64,000 nt of DNA from Macrostomum lignano. Taxonomy: Eukaryota. Every line of letters begins with the position of its first letter. The stretch's first letter is position 1. Below, piece by piece: positions 1 through 47,640 of this stretch. The notes beneath the pieces were generated by a model, which worked only from the letters and a program-made list of their open reading frames with translations, did no database searches and had not been told where the DNA came from. The position numbers were made by a program, and so were the translations under genes. The stretch covers positions 186,001-250,000 of the forward strand of contig NIVC01000022.1 in NCBI GenBank assembly GCA_002269645.1, read 5' to 3'.

Positions 1-42
1 AACGCCTAGCAAAATACAGCTGCCTCTCTAGCAGCCCCAAAT

Positions 43-7956
<7,914 letters not shown>

Positions 7957-8742
7957 TGTCTTGAATTCAACTTATTCAAGTATGGCAGCTATGGCTGTAT
8001 GGCCAAGCTTAGATAAGGCAGAAACAGTTGTTAAAGTGGCAAGGAAGAGTCCAAAGGTTAAAATGGTGACAAGTTTAGTACCAGTATCAGTATGGAGTGG
8101 TACTATCCTATTGCTATTTGTATTTGATAGCTGGATTTAATTTACACTAGGGCCTACTCAGTCATTATCAGCAGTATCATGCATGCAGCACTTTGTTCTC
8201 GCAGGCGCAGCCTAACTGAAACTGACTGGCTAATTTGAATACCAGATTTTAAATGTTCAATAACACTTAGCAACTATTTATGTTTGTATTCAAATACAAA
8301 GTTCAAGGTTTCTGAAGTATAGGCCATTTTTTTTAGTTAAGTAAAAGTTACAACCTGGAACGGCTTCGGGGCAGCCAGAAAGCCAGGATGTGATTTTTTT
8401 AATGCCCAGTTTCTTTTAAAACACGATTTCAAACTCATACTAGTTTTAAATAATTAGGAAGTATAACAAAAACTTCATGGTAAATCACGAAATACAAAAG
8501 TATCGTTGGGTTTTTTAGCTGTCAATTGTTAAGAAAAGCATTTCAGAAGCACACAGTGGATCAAAAATTTATTGCTATCTAGCCTCAATCCAAGAATTGC
8601 ATTTTTACAGCGCTAAGCAGTTTCTACGATTACCCGATACACATGGTATACAGTCCTAAAAAACAGCGCTAAATTACTAAACCCACAATAAATAAACAGC
8701 TATGAATATCAATAGAGCTATTAGAAAAGAAAGACAAAAAAT

Positions 8743-9060
8743 AAAGATTGTAAGTATGGGTAACCGAGTTAGATGGCCCTAAATAAGAGGCAAGCGCATG
8801 GGGTCAGAACACCCTTAGATGCATGGACACTCGCCCCTCTACCACCAAGTTGGATGTTCATATGGTGGGCTTTAGCCATCTAACTCGGTTACCCATACTT
8901 ACAATCTTTTGGCCTACAATACTTTAAATAATTTACCATCTCTCTGAAAATATATTATTGCCTTGCCTGAAGATGCCGATTGTTCGGCGAAACATGTCGC
9001 GCGAAGATCAGATTGATTAATAAATTGTAATTTCGTAATTTCGTATTATCAAAGATAAAA
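8743..9060 (+). mobile_element. Very short Penelope-like fragment: inverted 35-bp segment plus pLTR with hammerhead
   Basis: Perfect 35-bp inverted repeat (8743-8777 and 8875-8909), followed by a CTGAAGA..GAAAC core and AATAAA; same layout as the GIY-YIG-bearing copy at 46853. The right boundary is approximate. Confidence 0.6.
8960..9006 (+). ncRNA. Minimal type I hammerhead ribozyme
   Basis: CUGAAGA (8967-8973), stem II GCCGA/UCGGC with a 4-nt loop, GAAA, palindromic stem III ACAUGU, GUC cleavage triplet (C8998). Stem I is weak. Confidence 0.7.
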
Positions 9061-9119
9061 TGTGAATGTTCGCCTTTGCTTTCATTTTCCTGACTTTCCT
9101 CATACGGTGTACCTTACCT

Positions 9120-9850
9120 GGAGTCTCCAATAGAGTCTCACTCTACTCTTCAGTCTCCCATAGAGTTCCACACTACTTCGCAGTCTCCCATAAGTCTCAC
9201 TACTTCTCAGTCTCCCAGTGAGTCTCACTCTACTTCTCAGTCTCCCATAGAGTCTCACTCTACTTCCCAGACAGTCTCACTCTACTTCGCAGTCTCCCAG
9301 AGAGTCTCACTCTACTTCTCAGTCTCCCAAAGAGTCTTACTTTACTTTTCAGTCTCCCATAGAGTCTCACTCTACTTCTCAGTCTCCCAAAGAGTCTCAC
9401 TCTACTTCTCAGTCTCCCATGGAGTCTCACTCTATTTCTAAGTCTCAAAGAGTCTCACTCTACTTCTCAATCTCCCAGAGAGTCTCTGTCGAGTTATGGC
9501 CGATGAGACTATGCGATGTAGAATGACGGTTCTTCCGACTAAGCGCTTGCCAGCCGTGGTCCGCCGTTTGCATAAGAGTATATATTTGGTAGGCCGCTGT
9601 CCTAAAAAAAAGACCATAGACAGAAAAAACTTGAATTGTTAGTGCTTGTGCACTAACAGCTAACAGTCTCACTCTACTTCTCAGTCTCCCAGAGAGTCTC
9701 ACTCTACTCTTCAGTCTCCCATAGAGTTTCAAACTACTTCGCAGTCTCCCATAGAGTCTCACTCTACTTCTAAGTCTCAGACAGCCTCATCCTACTTCTC
9801 AGTCTCCCAGAGAGTCTCACCCTACTTCTCAGTCTCCCAGAGAGTCTCAC
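9120..9850. repeat. ~30-bp minisatellite (AGAGTCTCACTCTACTTCTCAGTCTCCCAT)n
   Basis: Tandem array split by the 9487-9665 insert. Confidence 0.9.
9487..9665. mobile_element. Solo-LTR-like 179-bp insert in a minisatellite
   Basis: TGT..ACA ends, GTCTC duplicated on both sides, internal TATATA, terminal hairpin TGTTAGTGC/GCACTAACA. Confidence 0.45.
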
Positions 9851-10271
9851 TCCACAGCAGATCGCATTTCCCAATCCGTCACCAGTTTCCAGTCATCACA
9901 GACCGCCATTCCGCAGGTGCATTAATCAGCACCTGCTCAACGCTTGACCAAAGTCTCAAAGACTCACAAGAAAGTTTGGCTAGAATTAAATTACGAGCCC
10001 TTAAGCTCATCAATCACAAGTCCAGTGGCGCACCTGTACAGAGTAATAAACTGGGGAGTTATGGCGCACTATTAAATTTCTAATTTACCTGATGAAATTA
10101 CAGGCGGGCTGCTTTACGCAATCGAGATGATCTGGAGGAGTTATAAGGGACATTTGAGCAGCCGTTTCTCAGCTGATGAAAAGAGCAGCTGCATCCTTCA
10201 TAATAACTGAAGATTGATGAAGCCTGAAGTGGTCGGCTTCATTTTTAGAAACTCTGTCTAAAAGGCCTGAG

Positions 10272-10900
10272 TGGCAGTCTTGACAGACACTGGGGATCTG
10301 AGCTGGCAGTCTTGACAGACACTGAGGATCTGAGCTGGCAAGTCTTGACAGACACTGGGGATCTGAGCTGGCAGTCTTGACAGACACTGAGGATCTGAGC
10401 TGGCAGTCTTGACAGACACTGGGGATCTGAGCTGGCAGTCTTGACAGACACTGGGGATCTGAGCTGGCAGTCTTGACAGACACTGGGGATCTGAGCTGGC
10501 AGTCTTGACAGACACTGAGGATCTGAGCTGGCAGTCTTGACAGACACTGAGGATCTGAGCTGGCAGTCTTGACAGGCACTGCACATGAGGATCTGAGCTG
10601 GCAAGTCTTGACAGACACTGAGGATCTGAGCTGGCAAGTCTTGACAGACACTGCATGAGGATCTGAGCTGGCAAGTCTTGACAGACACTGCATGAGGATC
10701 TGAGCTGGCAAGTCTTGACAGACACTGCATGAGGATCTGAGCTGGCAAGTCTTGACAGACACTGCATGAGGATCTGAGCTGGCAAGTCTTGACAGACACT
10801 GCATGAGGATCTGAGCTGGCAAGTCTTGACAGACACTGCATGAGGATCTGAGCTGGCAAGTCTTGACAGACACTGCATGAGGATCTGAGCTGGCAGTCTT
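10272..10900. repeat. 34-39-bp minisatellite (CTGAGGATCTGAGCTGGCAGTCTTGACAGACA..)n
   Basis: Tandem array. Confidence 0.9.
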
Positions 10901-11849
10901 CAGTAACACTTGGAGAGGCACAGGAGGAATGCAATTAGCTGAGTCCGGCACTCAGGCGTTACTCCGCATTGTGTTGGCAAGTGCAATTTCTGTGCTCACT
11001 GCTGTGAGGCGCCGTCACTACCGGGAGCTGTGCTGAGCATGCAATTCAATCTCACAGCCAAGCGTGGGCCACAATGCCATTCTGACAGCTGCAGACAAGA
11101 GCAGCTCCCGTAGAGCAGACGAAATTGGAGCGCTTTCCGACTGGCATGCGTGTGCAAAACTATATTTGAGCAGCAGATAGAGCTGTCTCATATCTGCTGG
11201 GCAACAAATATCAATACTAGAAATTTTCACTAGTCCGGAAATATAAATTTTAATGGGATTCCAAAGTATTGGGAATTAAATATTGGGGTCAAACCTAGCA
11301 TTAAAAGGTCATAAATTTTTATTAGCATCGATAACTGAGAAAAACACATTATAAATTTACTGAAAACAGCAATAAAAGTACATTGTAGACGGCCATAATC
11401 GGGTTTGAAAACACCCCCGCTGTTGAAATTTTTAAGCCCAGCTTGAGAGAAAATATAATGGAAGAGATCAGAGATTTTGTTGCGGAAATGCGGGGTTGGT
11501 AAGGCAAGGCGGGGATCAGAGGCCGTTTGGGGGGGGGGGGCGGGGGACGGGATTACTCAGATTTGGTGGGGGAGATTAAGACCTTGCCGAGGGGTGGGGG
11601 CAGAGGGATACAAAAGAGAGAAAAGGGAATTGTATAGAGGGTAACAGAAGGGTAAGTAGATCCGAGAAAGCGCGACAGAATACTGAGGGAGAGGGAGCGG
11701 AGTGAGGGAGACAGGGAGAGATGGAGACGGGGAATGAAGAAAGGGAACGGAGAGAGGAAGGCAGGGAGCGGAGAAAGGAAGATAGGAAGGGGAGTGAGGG
11801 ATGTAGGGAGCGGGGGAGAGGGAAACAGGGAGCGGAGAGAGGGAGACAA

Positions 11850-12648
11850 ACATGGGATCGAGGGAGACAGAGATGGGATCGAGGGAGACAGAGATGGGAC
11901 AGAGGGAGGCAGAGATGGGACAGAGGGAGGCAGAGATGGGGCAGAGGGGGGCAAAGATGGGACAGAGGGGGCAAAGATGGGACAGAGGGAGGCAGAGATG
12001 GGACAGAGGGGGGCAAAGATGGGACAGAGGGAGGCAGAGATGGGGCAGAGGGAGGCAGAGATGGGGCAGAGGGGGGCAAAGATGGGACAGAGGGAGGCAG
12101 AGATGGGGCAGAGGGAGACAGAGATGGGGCAGAGGGAGGCAGAGATGGGGCAGAGGGAGGCAGAGATGGGATCGAGGGAGACAGAGATGGGACAGAGGGA
12201 GGCAAAGATGGGACAGAGGGAGGCAGAGATGGGACAGAGGGAGACAGAGATAGGACAGAGGGAGGCAGAGATGGGGCAGAGGGGGGCAAAGATGGGACAG
12301 AGGGAGGCAGAGATGGGGCAGAGGGAGGCAGAGATGGGGCAGAGGGAGGCAGAGATGGGGCAGAGGGAAGCAAAGATGGGACAGAGGGAGGCAGAGATGG
12401 GACAGAGGGAGACAGAGATAGGACAGAGGGAGGCAGAGATGGGACAGAGGGAGGCAGAGATGGGGCAGAGGGAGGCAGAGATGGGACAGAGGGAGACAGA
12501 GATGGGACAGAGGGAGGCAGAGATGGGACAGAGGGAGGCAGAGATGGGACAGAGGGAGGCAGAGATGGGACAGAGGGAGGCAGAGATGGGACAGAGGGAG
12601 GCAGAGATGGGACAGAGGGAGGCAGAGATGGGACAGAGGGAGACAGAG
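11850..12648. repeat. 21-bp minisatellite (GAGATGGGACAGAGGGAGGCA)n
   Basis: Tandem array; source of the GGRDGTE/PPSVPSL ORFs. Confidence 0.95.
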
Positions 12649-13429
12649 CTTCAGACGGGTACAATGGGTACAATTCTGGCAGAGAAGGCAGAAGCAGGGG
12701 TAGATGGAAACGGTGGGTCTGCGCAGAGAGGTCTAAAATCAACACTTCAGCGTGTATCGAGACCTCCGGTTCTCTGAGAATCGGGGAGGAGCTGACTGTG
12801 ACTGTCTATTAAAGCAAACCGCTAAGTGCATCTTTTGGCCCAAAACTGATACGGCACTACAGCCAGAAGCTACAGCCGTCAACCCGCGGTCTACCCCCCC
12901 CCTCCCCTTTAGCGCGTGTCCTCGAGGGGTCGGGGTGGCGGAGGCGGGGTTGGTGTGGAGGCCCAGTTTTTTGACGGGAATGGGGGGCGGAGGCCGTCGT
13001 GTGCAGAGGGGGCCGCCTCCTGGCCAATGAGAGGATGCCCTGTCTGCAAAATCTGCCAAGCCCTCTCCGAAGCCAGAGCAGCCGCTGCAGCAGGAGAGGG
13101 TAATAAATCTATTCTCAGGGCAAGTCAAGAGTGCGCCTGTCTGCCAGTTTCTCTGACTCTTTTCTCGGCCTTCTTCCGATTGTCGTAAAGAAGCCAAAAT
13201 CCCCTAATCCCAGGCCTCTCAAAGCTTTTAATTCGAGAAAGAGAGAGCAGCGAAAGAATTTTTGAAAGTTAAAATTCTGCTGCCAGCAATCGGGGCTTTG
13301 ATCTCGGGGACGCATCGGGACGGCTGGATAAGCGTTTGCGACTCGATTCCTGCTCGAATGGTCCGGAGTTTGAATCCACAATCTATAAAGTAAGCCTAAT
13401 CTGATGTGTATAACATCCTATTGGATTAA

Positions 13430-13970
13430 TCTTGCTTGTCTAATCTCACTGGTCTAATCTCACTGGCCTAATCTCACGAGTCTAATCTCATAGTATAATC
13501 TCGTGGTATAATCTCACTGTTTAAATGTTACTGATCTTATCTCACGTATCGTAACTCACTTCACGCGTCTAATCTCACTGGCATGATCTCACGCGTCTAA
13601 TCTCACTGACATGATCTCACATGTCTTATCTCACTGATATGATCTCACGCGTCTAATCTCACTGCTATGATCTCACATGTCTAATCTCACTGATATGATC
13701 TCACGCGTCTAATCTCACTGATATGATCTCACATGTCTAATCTCACTGATATGATCTCACGCGTCTAATCTCACTGATATGATCTCACATGTCTAATCTC
13801 ACTGATATGATCTCACATATCTAATCTCACTGATATGATCTCACGCGTCTAATCTACCTGATATGATCTCACTATTTAACATCACCAATCTAATTTCAAA
13901 TGTCTCTGAGGTTTAATCTCAGGTATCTAATTTCACGTATCTAATCTCACCTGCTGTCTAATCTCACTGA
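13430..13970. repeat. ~33-bp minisatellite (TCTAATCTCACTGATATGATCTCAC..)n upstream of PDE8
   Basis: Tandem array. Confidence 0.9.
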
Positions 13971-14516
13971 CCAGAGTAGACGCCAGAGAGAGGCTGGCAA
14001 TGAGATGGGGAGCAGGGAGACGGATTGCAGCCGCGGTGCCTGCTGCCACAGTCAAGCAGACTCGGTTCTGAGAAGCAAACTGGCAAGCGTGGAAGGAGGG
14101 GAGGCGGTTGTTGGGGAGCGAGGCAGCTGCTGGAGACCAAACAGACTCGTGGCTCAGGCTCGTGAGCAGGGGGCGGCTGTCATGCTCAGAATTCCTGTTT
14201 AATTTGCAGGTCGGTCGGGTGGGTTGGGGAAAGGCGAGGGAGATGGCGAGCGGCAGGAGGGGGAGGAGAGTCTGTAGGTACAGCCGGTTCTGATACCCAC
14301 GCAGCTCCCCGCAGCACCCGACGGCGCAGACAGGAGAGCAGCAAGGCTGGGATTTCGGGCCCTGAGCAGTTTTCAAACAACACGCAGTTCTGGATCAAAT
14401 ATCCAGCATCCGCCATCCCCCATCCTACAGGAGCACTTGAACCCCAGCCGGAACCCCAGCCGGAACCCCAGCCGGAACCCCAGCCGGAACCACAGCCAGG
14501 ACATCCGGGCAAAACC

Positions 14517-33966
<19,450 letters not shown>

Positions 33967-34514
33967 AGGCATCTCATAAGTATTTTACATTACAACCGAC
34001 TTGGCTAGTGAGCTCTGTATCTACGCCGCCATAGTTTCCATAGCAACCCTAGCAATTGCACGCTCAGGTTCTACCGGCCTCCTGCAAGATTTACCATGGA
34101 AAAAGTGAAATATATTGACAAGGCAACGCAGAGCTAAGGACACTTTGCGTATTTTTTATTCTCATTTGTGAGTCAGATCTGCAGTTTCGATCTTATTCTG
34201 CCTTTTTATTTTGCTTTAATACTGGAAGTTGCACTCTTTTACAGTCCAGTGGCTTCCTCCAAGTATTGCATTCAAGCGGGCTGCCAACAGAATACGAGTC
34301 TAAAATCTCATTATGCATAAAACATTCCGCAGCGTGAGGGCTACACTACTATGAGTAATAGAATGTAAGCAGCAACTGCTGATACTGGTAGCTGATATTT
34401 TTGTTGATCTGTGGAAAAGCAGAGGTTGTCACAGCAGAAAGCGTATACTGAGAGCTGAAGCGGGTGAGCATTTTTGTGGCGTCCTGTTCCACAGTCGAAT
34501 TTATTATCCTCAAA

Positions 34515-35420
34515 TCCCAATGTCTGATCCCAATGTCTGATCCCAATGTCTGATCCCAATGTCTTGATCCCAATGTCTGATCCCAATGTCTGATCCCAAT
34601 GTCTTGATCCCAATGTCGGATCCCAATGTCTGATCCCAATGTCTGATCCCAATGTCTTGATCCCAATGTCCGATCCCAATGTCTTGATCCCAATGTCGGA
34701 TCCCAATGTCTGATCCCAATGTCTTGATCCCAATGTCGGATCCCAATGTCTTGATCCCAATGTCCGATCCCAATGTCTGATTCAAATGTCTGATCCCAAT
34801 GTCTTGATCCCAATGTCTGATCCCAATGTCTGATTCAAATGTCTGATCCCAATGTCTGATTCAAATGTCTGATCCCAATGTCTGATCCCAATGTCTGATC
34901 CCAATGTCTGATCCCAATGTCTGATTCAAATGTCTGATCCCAATGTCTGATTCAAATGTCTGATCCCAATGTCTGATTCAAATGTCTGATCCCAATGTCT
35001 GATCCCAATGTCTTGATCCCAATGTCTGATCCCAATGTCTTGATTCCAATGTCGGATCCCAATGTCTGATCCCAATGTCTGATCCCAATGTCTGATCCCA
35101 ATGTCTGATCCCAATGTCTTGATCCCAATGTCTTGATCCCAATGTCGGATCCCAATGTCTGATCCCAATGTCTTGATCCCAATGTCGGATCTCAATGTCT
35201 GATTCAAATGTCTGATCCCAATGTCTTGATCCCAATGTCGGATCCCAATGTCTGATTCAAATGTCTGATCCCAATGTCTGATTCAAATGTCTGATCCCAA
35301 TGTCTGATCCCAATGTCTTGATCCCAATGTCGGATCCCAATGTCTGATTCAAATGTCTGATCCTAATGTCCAATCACAATGTCCACTCCCTATGTCTGAT
35401 CCCAAAGTCCCAATGTGACG
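34515..35420. repeat. 13/14-bp minisatellite (TCCCAATGTCTGA)n between PDE8 and PRDM8 3' ends
   Basis: Tandem array. Confidence 0.95.
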
Positions 35421-35527
35421 CACATCACATCACACAAGCCCAGAGCTAAAACTACGGTGTGTTGAGCAGCTCAGAGAATTTTAATGAGCTGCCGAAGCCA
35501 AAGGATCCCCCAACTCGGCGGTGCCTT

Positions 35528-42476
<6,949 letters not shown>

Positions 42477-42584
42477 CTGGAATGGGAGAATAATGTGGGG
42501 GATATAGATGGCGTTGATATCGCCTCAGATCCAGCTTAAAAATGACACACTGATCAGCCTCATCAACCTCGAAACTAAGCTTCA

Positions 42585-42936
42585 GCCTCAGTTTAGGCGC
42601 CAAAATGGCATTGCCGATTGGCTCCAGCCTCAGTTTCAGGCGCCAAAATGGCATTGCCGATTGGCTCCAGCCTCAGTTTAGGCGCCAAAATGGCATTGCC
42701 GATTGGCTCCAGCCTCAGTTTCAGGCGCCAAAATGGCATTGCCGATTGGCTCCAGCCTCAGTTTAGGCGCCAAAATGGCATTGCCGATTGGCTCCAGCCT
42801 CAGTTTAGGCGCCAAAATGGCATTGCCGATTGGCTCCAGCCTCAGTTTAGGCGCCAAAATGGCATTGCCGATTGGCTCCAGCCTCAGTTTCAGGCGCCAA
42901 AATGGCATTGCCGATTGGCTTCAGCCTCAGTTTAGG
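42585..42936. repeat. 42/43-bp minisatellite
   Basis: CAGCCTCAGTTTAGGCGCCAAAATGGCATTGCCGATTGGCTC, about 8 copies. Confidence 0.9.
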
Positions 42937-44933
42937 CGTCCATTATTTTCAGGGTCTCCAAGATCTACCGCTCAAGGTCAAAATGCTCAAACAGAGGATG
43001 AAAAGTGATGAAGCAGGCTGGCTGGGAGAAATTACGACTATTTTTAGTTGGCACCCGTGCAGCCTCCGGAGGGCTTCATCAGCGCTTCATTCATTGCCAA
43101 GTGGCGCTCTGAAGTGCCGCTGAGAGCAAAACAAAATATGCTGCAGAGCAGATTTCTGAGCGGGCGCGGGTCATTATGTTCTTCGCCCTGCCTGCGCAGC
43201 AACCTACTGAGCGCACTCTGCTGCAGCCTGTTATGGGGGATTTGCTCCCGTGGGGATATTTGTGTAAAGATGGGCAAGCAGGGGGACCGGTGGGCCGTCT
43301 TGCCCGTCGCGATCTCCCTGGGCGAGGAGAATTCGACAGCGACTTCACCGAACTTGACGTGGCCGGGGCTATTTAGCCGAGCTCCAGGCCAGTGAGCCCC
43401 CCCCCCTCGCGTCCCCTCCTAGTAGCACAGAATCCCCAGAAATTTGGCCCAGAAATGGACAGAAATGGACGTATGGGATTTTCGGATTATCTCTATGGAC
43501 AACTGCCGAGGCTGGGAGGGTGACTGGGATTAGACGGGACAGGTAATTACGGACAAGATTCAGCAGCTTCTGGGGAATCGATGGCAGGCAATCTTCCCGG
43601 AGTCTGGACGAATTTGCATCATCGGCTGCTGCTGATGACGGGCCCGGGGCTGCTTGTCCTGCGCAGTCTAAGATATCGAGCTGGTGCCTTAATCTTCTGT
43701 TTATGGTGCACGCATGCAGCAGCTCGATCAGCACCAACAACAGGCTTACCGTTGCGACAGAGAAGACGCTTCTCCAAGCAGTTTGATAGTTCTCAATGCC
43801 AGTAAACTCGGGCGATGAGATCAGATAGGGGAGAGCAGCAACTGCTGGCCTGAGCAGAGGGAAATAAAGAGACGCAAAGCCGACCGAGGGCCGGGGTTCG
43901 AGCCAGCCAATCGGGGAGGGCCGAGTGGTGAGGAGACCCGGAACCCCAGACCAAGTGTCTCGAGGATACTTGAGATGTGCAGATCTTGTAAAGTTTTGAA
44001 TGAATGCCGCGGTGCGGACCCCGCTAGAAATGCATGCAGAACAGGTTAATTTTGGGTTGAGTTCGACAAGTGATCAAACTCGTGATATTTATGATGTCAT
44101 TTGTCACAGAAAAGTGTTTCCAAATCAACTTTTTTTCTGCTTTCAAGACTTATTCGGTTTTTTTTAAGCAAATTCAGAATGTGGCTCGTATTTAGGACCA
44201 AGACAAAGTTTGCGAAAACTTTTGTGAAAACAGTTACCCCAGAAACTTGAGGCGAGATGCCAGTACTATTCTATTTTATAAGACCTATTATACTCGTAGT
44301 GTCTTATAGAAACTGGGCTTAGTGGAATCGGCTTCCACTCCAGAGCTCCAGTTCAATGCTGTCCCTGGCTGGGGGCGCCAGTCCAGGGGGGGAGGCGAAG
44401 TTTTGCCACTAAACAATTAGATTTATCCCAGACCAACACTCGGCCTCTTTAGACCTCCGAAGAGTGAAGTGGCCGCCTCAGCGCATATGTCCGCTTATAA
44501 TAAACTGGGTTAGGGGGAGGGGGTGGGGCGCTGGCGCGGAGTCTTCCAGGCCACGCGGGTTGGAGCTGCCAGCGACTGAATGCCTATTAATTTCCATATT
44601 TCTTTCTCGGGACTTTTCGGCCCCGCGCAAGCTCCACCGGTTTCGAGCCACCAGCTCCTTGGCGTCCCCTCCTCTCCACCCTCCCTATCTCCCCACTCCA
44701 GGCAGCTGGTCCGCTCGATCGTCCATCTTCCTCTGCGCCGGCCTCTCCTGACTCTTCCACGATCGCTGCGGCTGATCAGAGAGTCGCTTATTCTCAAGTA
44801 GCCCTGCTGCCTCCCTGCCCGGTTGAGCGAGAGGGGCGGCTGTGGAGTAGCGGCTCGGAATTGGGACCGATTTGATGCCCTGGTGCCCGCATCTGGCGCA
44901 GTCTAGATATCTCCTTTGCCGGTCTGAGTACAC

Positions 44934-45560
<627 letters not shown>

Positions 45561-46852
45561 GTGGCTGTTTCATGCATTCAAATTTATCTATCAGTGCTCG
45601 TACTGGAGAGAGCAAGTTGGCACACCGCATCTCAGGCCAGCAGAGGCTCGGGAGCAGATTAGCAGTTATCATCTATCACACAAAGCAGCGAACGCCGGGA
45701 GCAGTGTCGACAAGCTGCGCTCAGCAGAGTCTTAACCTTCTCGCCTCGCGCTGCATTTCTCCTGCTCCCGTGATTGATTTCTCTCTCCCTCTCCCTCGGT
45801 CCAATTCCGCGAGGTCATTTCGTGGAGCATCAACTGAAGCCCTGCATTCTGACGCTTGTGCGGATTAGACAAATTGCGACGAATGAGACTGCATGCGCGC
45901 CGTCTCTCGGTTGAATGGAGGCCCAGTTTAATTGAAGTTTTGAAAAATAGAGAGGAGCTGGAAATCTTTAATCGGGCGGGCGAGCTCGGCAGCGCATGGG
46001 ATTTTGCTAATCTTCTGGTCAAAGCGGAGCCTTCCATAATCCCAGCCAGTTGCGTCAATACCTGCAGATTTAACTGGCTCGTATTTTGGAAGGGAATAAG
46101 CCAACTGGAAGCAGCTTTCTAATCTCAAGTCAGCTTTTTTGTCAAACAAATGCGAAAGAATTCTGAGTCAATACTTCGTATTATTGTTGATAGTAACAGA
46201 CGCGTACATGCAGAAAACGGTGTTTTACTCAAATAACACATTTAATTTGTGGACTCGCGCTGAAAATTTCAACTTGCGATTGCTACTTAAACAAAATAAG
46301 TACAGGTACATGTAGTTGCATGAGAGACGCTATAATTACCAACGCAAAAAATAACTCCAAGCTTACTTACGAGTACATGAACATTTGAAATTTAGGAGAT
46401 TATTAGGATATGGGAATTGGCAGGTTATTAAAAGGTATCTGATATCATAAGTTGCAGGGTGGTAACAGACATTTTTTGACCGATACTCGAATAACTGACT
46501 TGCAAAATACGGGTAAAACTTAGTGTTAATTACTGGTACGTCGAGATAAAACATTATATGTGCGCACATTTAAACTGTGACATGCTCTACTTGCATGTCC
46601 ATGAAATAATTTGTTGGATTGATAAAGATGCGGTAATGAATAATTAATAAATAATATGCTCTGAATATAATTAGTGGAAAACTCTTTATGAAGTCTCCAC
46701 GAAATAGATTTTTGTCCAAAAATAGCTTACATGGACTCTCAAAAATATTGTAGAATTCTGATTTTACTCTAAACATGTACACGTAAATTGGTCTCTTTGC
46801 TTCATTTTATTTTACGAGTGTAGTTGCAGTAATTATATACGAATAGACGAAT

Positions 46853-47640
46853 GGGTTCAGTCCGGTCGATAATTGTACATTAAGAGACGAAAAATAAATT
46901 AAATTATTAGGCCATCACACAGAATAAACAAACCTTCTTGAAGTATTTCAACTCTCGGGTCATGGTTGTGTTTCAGACCGCCAAAATCGGCCAGTTTGTT
47001 AGCAGGTTGAAGTCGAAGGCCCCTAGAGCTCTGTCTGCTGGTGTCATCAATCAATTTTGTTGCTCTGGTGATCAGAGCATTTCCTACATAGGAAAAACCA
47101 AAAGGCACCTGTATACTAGGGCTAGGGAGCATAGAATGAATAACTCCGCTGTGCATGATCACTTGCTTAGTTGCAATGCTTGTTATGAGCATGAGCCGAC
47201 TGAGCTTTCACTGTTTTGGATAGATGTAGATTTGATGGCAAACTCAGAGTGCTGGAAGCCTTGGCACATTAAGCATCATAGACCTAGTTTGAATACTCTC
47301 AGCTTGCAGGTGGAGGAGCCAGTTTACAGCTCAAAGTTTTCTAGGCTTGGTGTGGGTTTGCGGCTCTCTCCCCGCCAATATTGTTTGCTCTGTGTTTGTT
47401 CTGTGTGATGGCCTAATAATTTAATTTATCTTTCGTCTCTTAATGTACAATTATCGACCGGACTGAACCCTCCATTGCCCTGTACAGTTTTTTATTTTCT
47501 TTATTTATTTAAATATACGGAATTGTGAATCATGAGTGCAAGCCCTGAAGATGACCGCTTGTGTCGAAAAACGCGTTGGCTATAATAATAATTTAAGTAA
47601 ATTCTGCATTATGAGCCATTCTTTTTGTTTATTTATTTTC
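46853..47640 (+). mobile_element. 5'-truncated Penelope-like retroelement: GIY-YIG endonuclease remnant, inverted pLTR segment and pLTR
   Basis: ORF 46938..47408 contains GVINQFCC..SYIGKTKRHLYTRAREH..SAVHDHL..HIKHHRPSLN, with an apparent frameshift near 47250. A 72-bp inverted repeat (46853-46924 and 47399-47470, 1 mismatch) flanks it; hammerhead-like motif at 47541-47581. The right boundary is approximate. Confidence 0.85.
47541..47581 (+). ncRNA. Degenerate type I hammerhead motif
   Basis: AGCC-CUGAAGA-U-GAC(loop)GUC-GAAAAAC-GCGUU-GGCU. Stem I is AGCC/GGCU and stem III is palindromic, but there are two extra A after GAAA. Confidence 0.5.

Noticed and set aside
11576-12812. GGRDGTE / PPSVPSL repeat ORFs resembling a collagen-like or extensin-like protein
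   Set aside because: The array is open in several frames on both strands, with no non-repetitive domain.
14250-14410. Minus-strand [21 protein letters not shown] resembling a cyclic-nucleotide-binding domain
   Set aside because: Similarity stops after ~35 residues, there is no phosphate-binding cassette, and it is antisense to the PDE8 leader.
42585-42936. CRISPR-like regular repeats (also 25435-26110, 56415-57222)
   Set aside because: Head-to-tail units without unique spacers, no cas genes, eukaryotic context.
44685-44933. CARCGHQG resembling a DM (doublesex) domain start
   Set aside because: The remaining Cys/His ligands and basic helix are absent.
45856-46122. SLIEVLKN..LVFWK resembling RGS helices
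   Set aside because: Spacing is wrong, with no GT donor to fix it and no further exons.
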